DNA of 44,707 nt from a virus. Its lineage: Duplodnaviria; Caudoviricetes. Each line of letters starts with the position of its first letter. Position 1 is the stretch's first letter. The DNA is taken from positions 1 through 44,707 of IMG/VR virus record IMGVR_UViG_3300046719_000020; one strand, 5' to 3'. Positions 44,095 to 44,707 of this stretch are shown in pieces. Position numbers and translations under genes: made by a program. Below the pieces are notes generated by a model that worked only from the letters and a program-made list of their open reading frames with translations, had not been told where the DNA came from and searched no databases.

Positions 44095-44707
44095 AAATGT
44101 TATTCTGAGCGAGGAAGAGACAGCAGAAGCATTGCGCGCCGCTCGGGAGGTGAAATATTACTACCTGAAACGGATTGCGTACCTCGAACATCTGAACCAG
44201 CCGGTAACTATACGCAAGATGGAATGGCATTACTACCACGCGGAATTTATCGCAAAGTGGGATATGGATGAAGCCAACGAGGAGATCATGATCCAGCTTT
44301 GCCACTACTTTGCCGAAAGCCCAGAGTTCAAAGGCGACCTAGAGAAAGGCATCTTGTTGGCCGGCGGCGTAGGGGTGGGCAAAACCACAATCATGGATTT
44401 CTTCAAAAAGAATCAGCGCCGGTCGTATCGAATCATGTCCTGCCGCGACGTGGAGAAGAAGTTCAGCGAGGACGGGACCATCGATTATTTTTCGTTCAAC
44501 GTTCCCATCGCGGTAAATTCAGATCCGTTCGGCCACCAGGAAATAGGCTTTTGCTTCGATGACCTCGGTACCGAGTCCAACGCAAAGAACTACGGACGGG
44601 AAAAAAACATCATGGCAGAAGTGATTTTAAACCGCTATGACAACCGATTACCAAATTGCAGCACTCACATTACCACCAACCTGGGAGCTGAGGAAATCGC
44701 CACGCAA
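44000..44707 (+). CDS. DnaC/IstB-like helicase loader ATPase (continues to base 211; ~263 aa)
   Basis: GILLAGGVGVGKTT Walker A, FCFDDLGTE Walker B; not in track because it crosses the contig end. Confidence 0.9.
   Translation, partial: MGIGSEIKKQLDAAMPSSVNSKALASGPERYENVILSEEETAEALRAAREVKYYYLKRIAYLEHLNQPVTIRKMEWHYYHAEFIAKWDMDEANEEIMIQLCHYFAESPEFKGDLEKGILLAGGVGVGKTTIMDFFKKNQRRSYRIMSCRDVEKKFSEDGTIDYFSFNVPIAVNSDPFGHQEIGFCFDDLGTESNAKNYGREKNIMAEVILNRYDNRLPNCSTHITTNLGAEEIATQ
44581..44707. repeat. 127-bp terminal direct repeat (copy of 1-127)
   Basis: Exact identity. Confidence 0.97.

Noticed and set aside
44299-44562. Arg-rich plus-strand ORF
   Set aside because: Alternative frame of the DnaC-like ATPase
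44581-44707. Terminal repeat as a biological direct terminal repeat or att site
   Set aside because: It falls mid-gene, and 127 nt matches a common assembler k-mer overlap

Overview
Complete, circularly assembled genome (44,580 bp unique; bases 1-127 repeat 44581-44707) of a tailed dsDNA phage, probably a siphovirus of a Bacteroidota host. Host inference rests on TAnnTTTG -7 promoter boxes, A-rich start contexts without Shine-Dalgarno and a DUF5675-like endolysin. Two arms diverge from a switch at about 37.2-37.3 kb, next to an unannotated Arc-type repressor gene. The rightward arm (37340 to 4459, through the junction) encodes ERF/YqaJ recombination, a DUF1376-like initiator with internal iteron-like repeats, a DnaC-like ATPase, three DNA methyltransferases (one frameshifted, one with an atypical DPEF motif) and many small ORFs. 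The leftward arm (37216 to 4622) encodes an HNH protein, candidate structured RNAs, P22-like TerS, TerL, a -1 frameshifting tail chaperone, tail proteins, tape measure, a ClpP-scaffold-capsid fusion, tail tube, portal, three receptor-binding or enzymatic tail proteins and lysis genes. The standout feature is a ~7 kb operon with its own promoter between the tail tube and portal genes. It encodes a soluble glycan-building pathway: GDP-mannose 3,5-epimerase, GT11, GT25, two GT2, a DUF4422-like transferase and three O-methyltransferase-like proteins, with no exporter. It is a candidate virion (or DNA) glycosylation system. No integrase, CI-like repressor, tRNA or CRISPR was recognised. All family assignments are from motif recognition by eye, not database searches.
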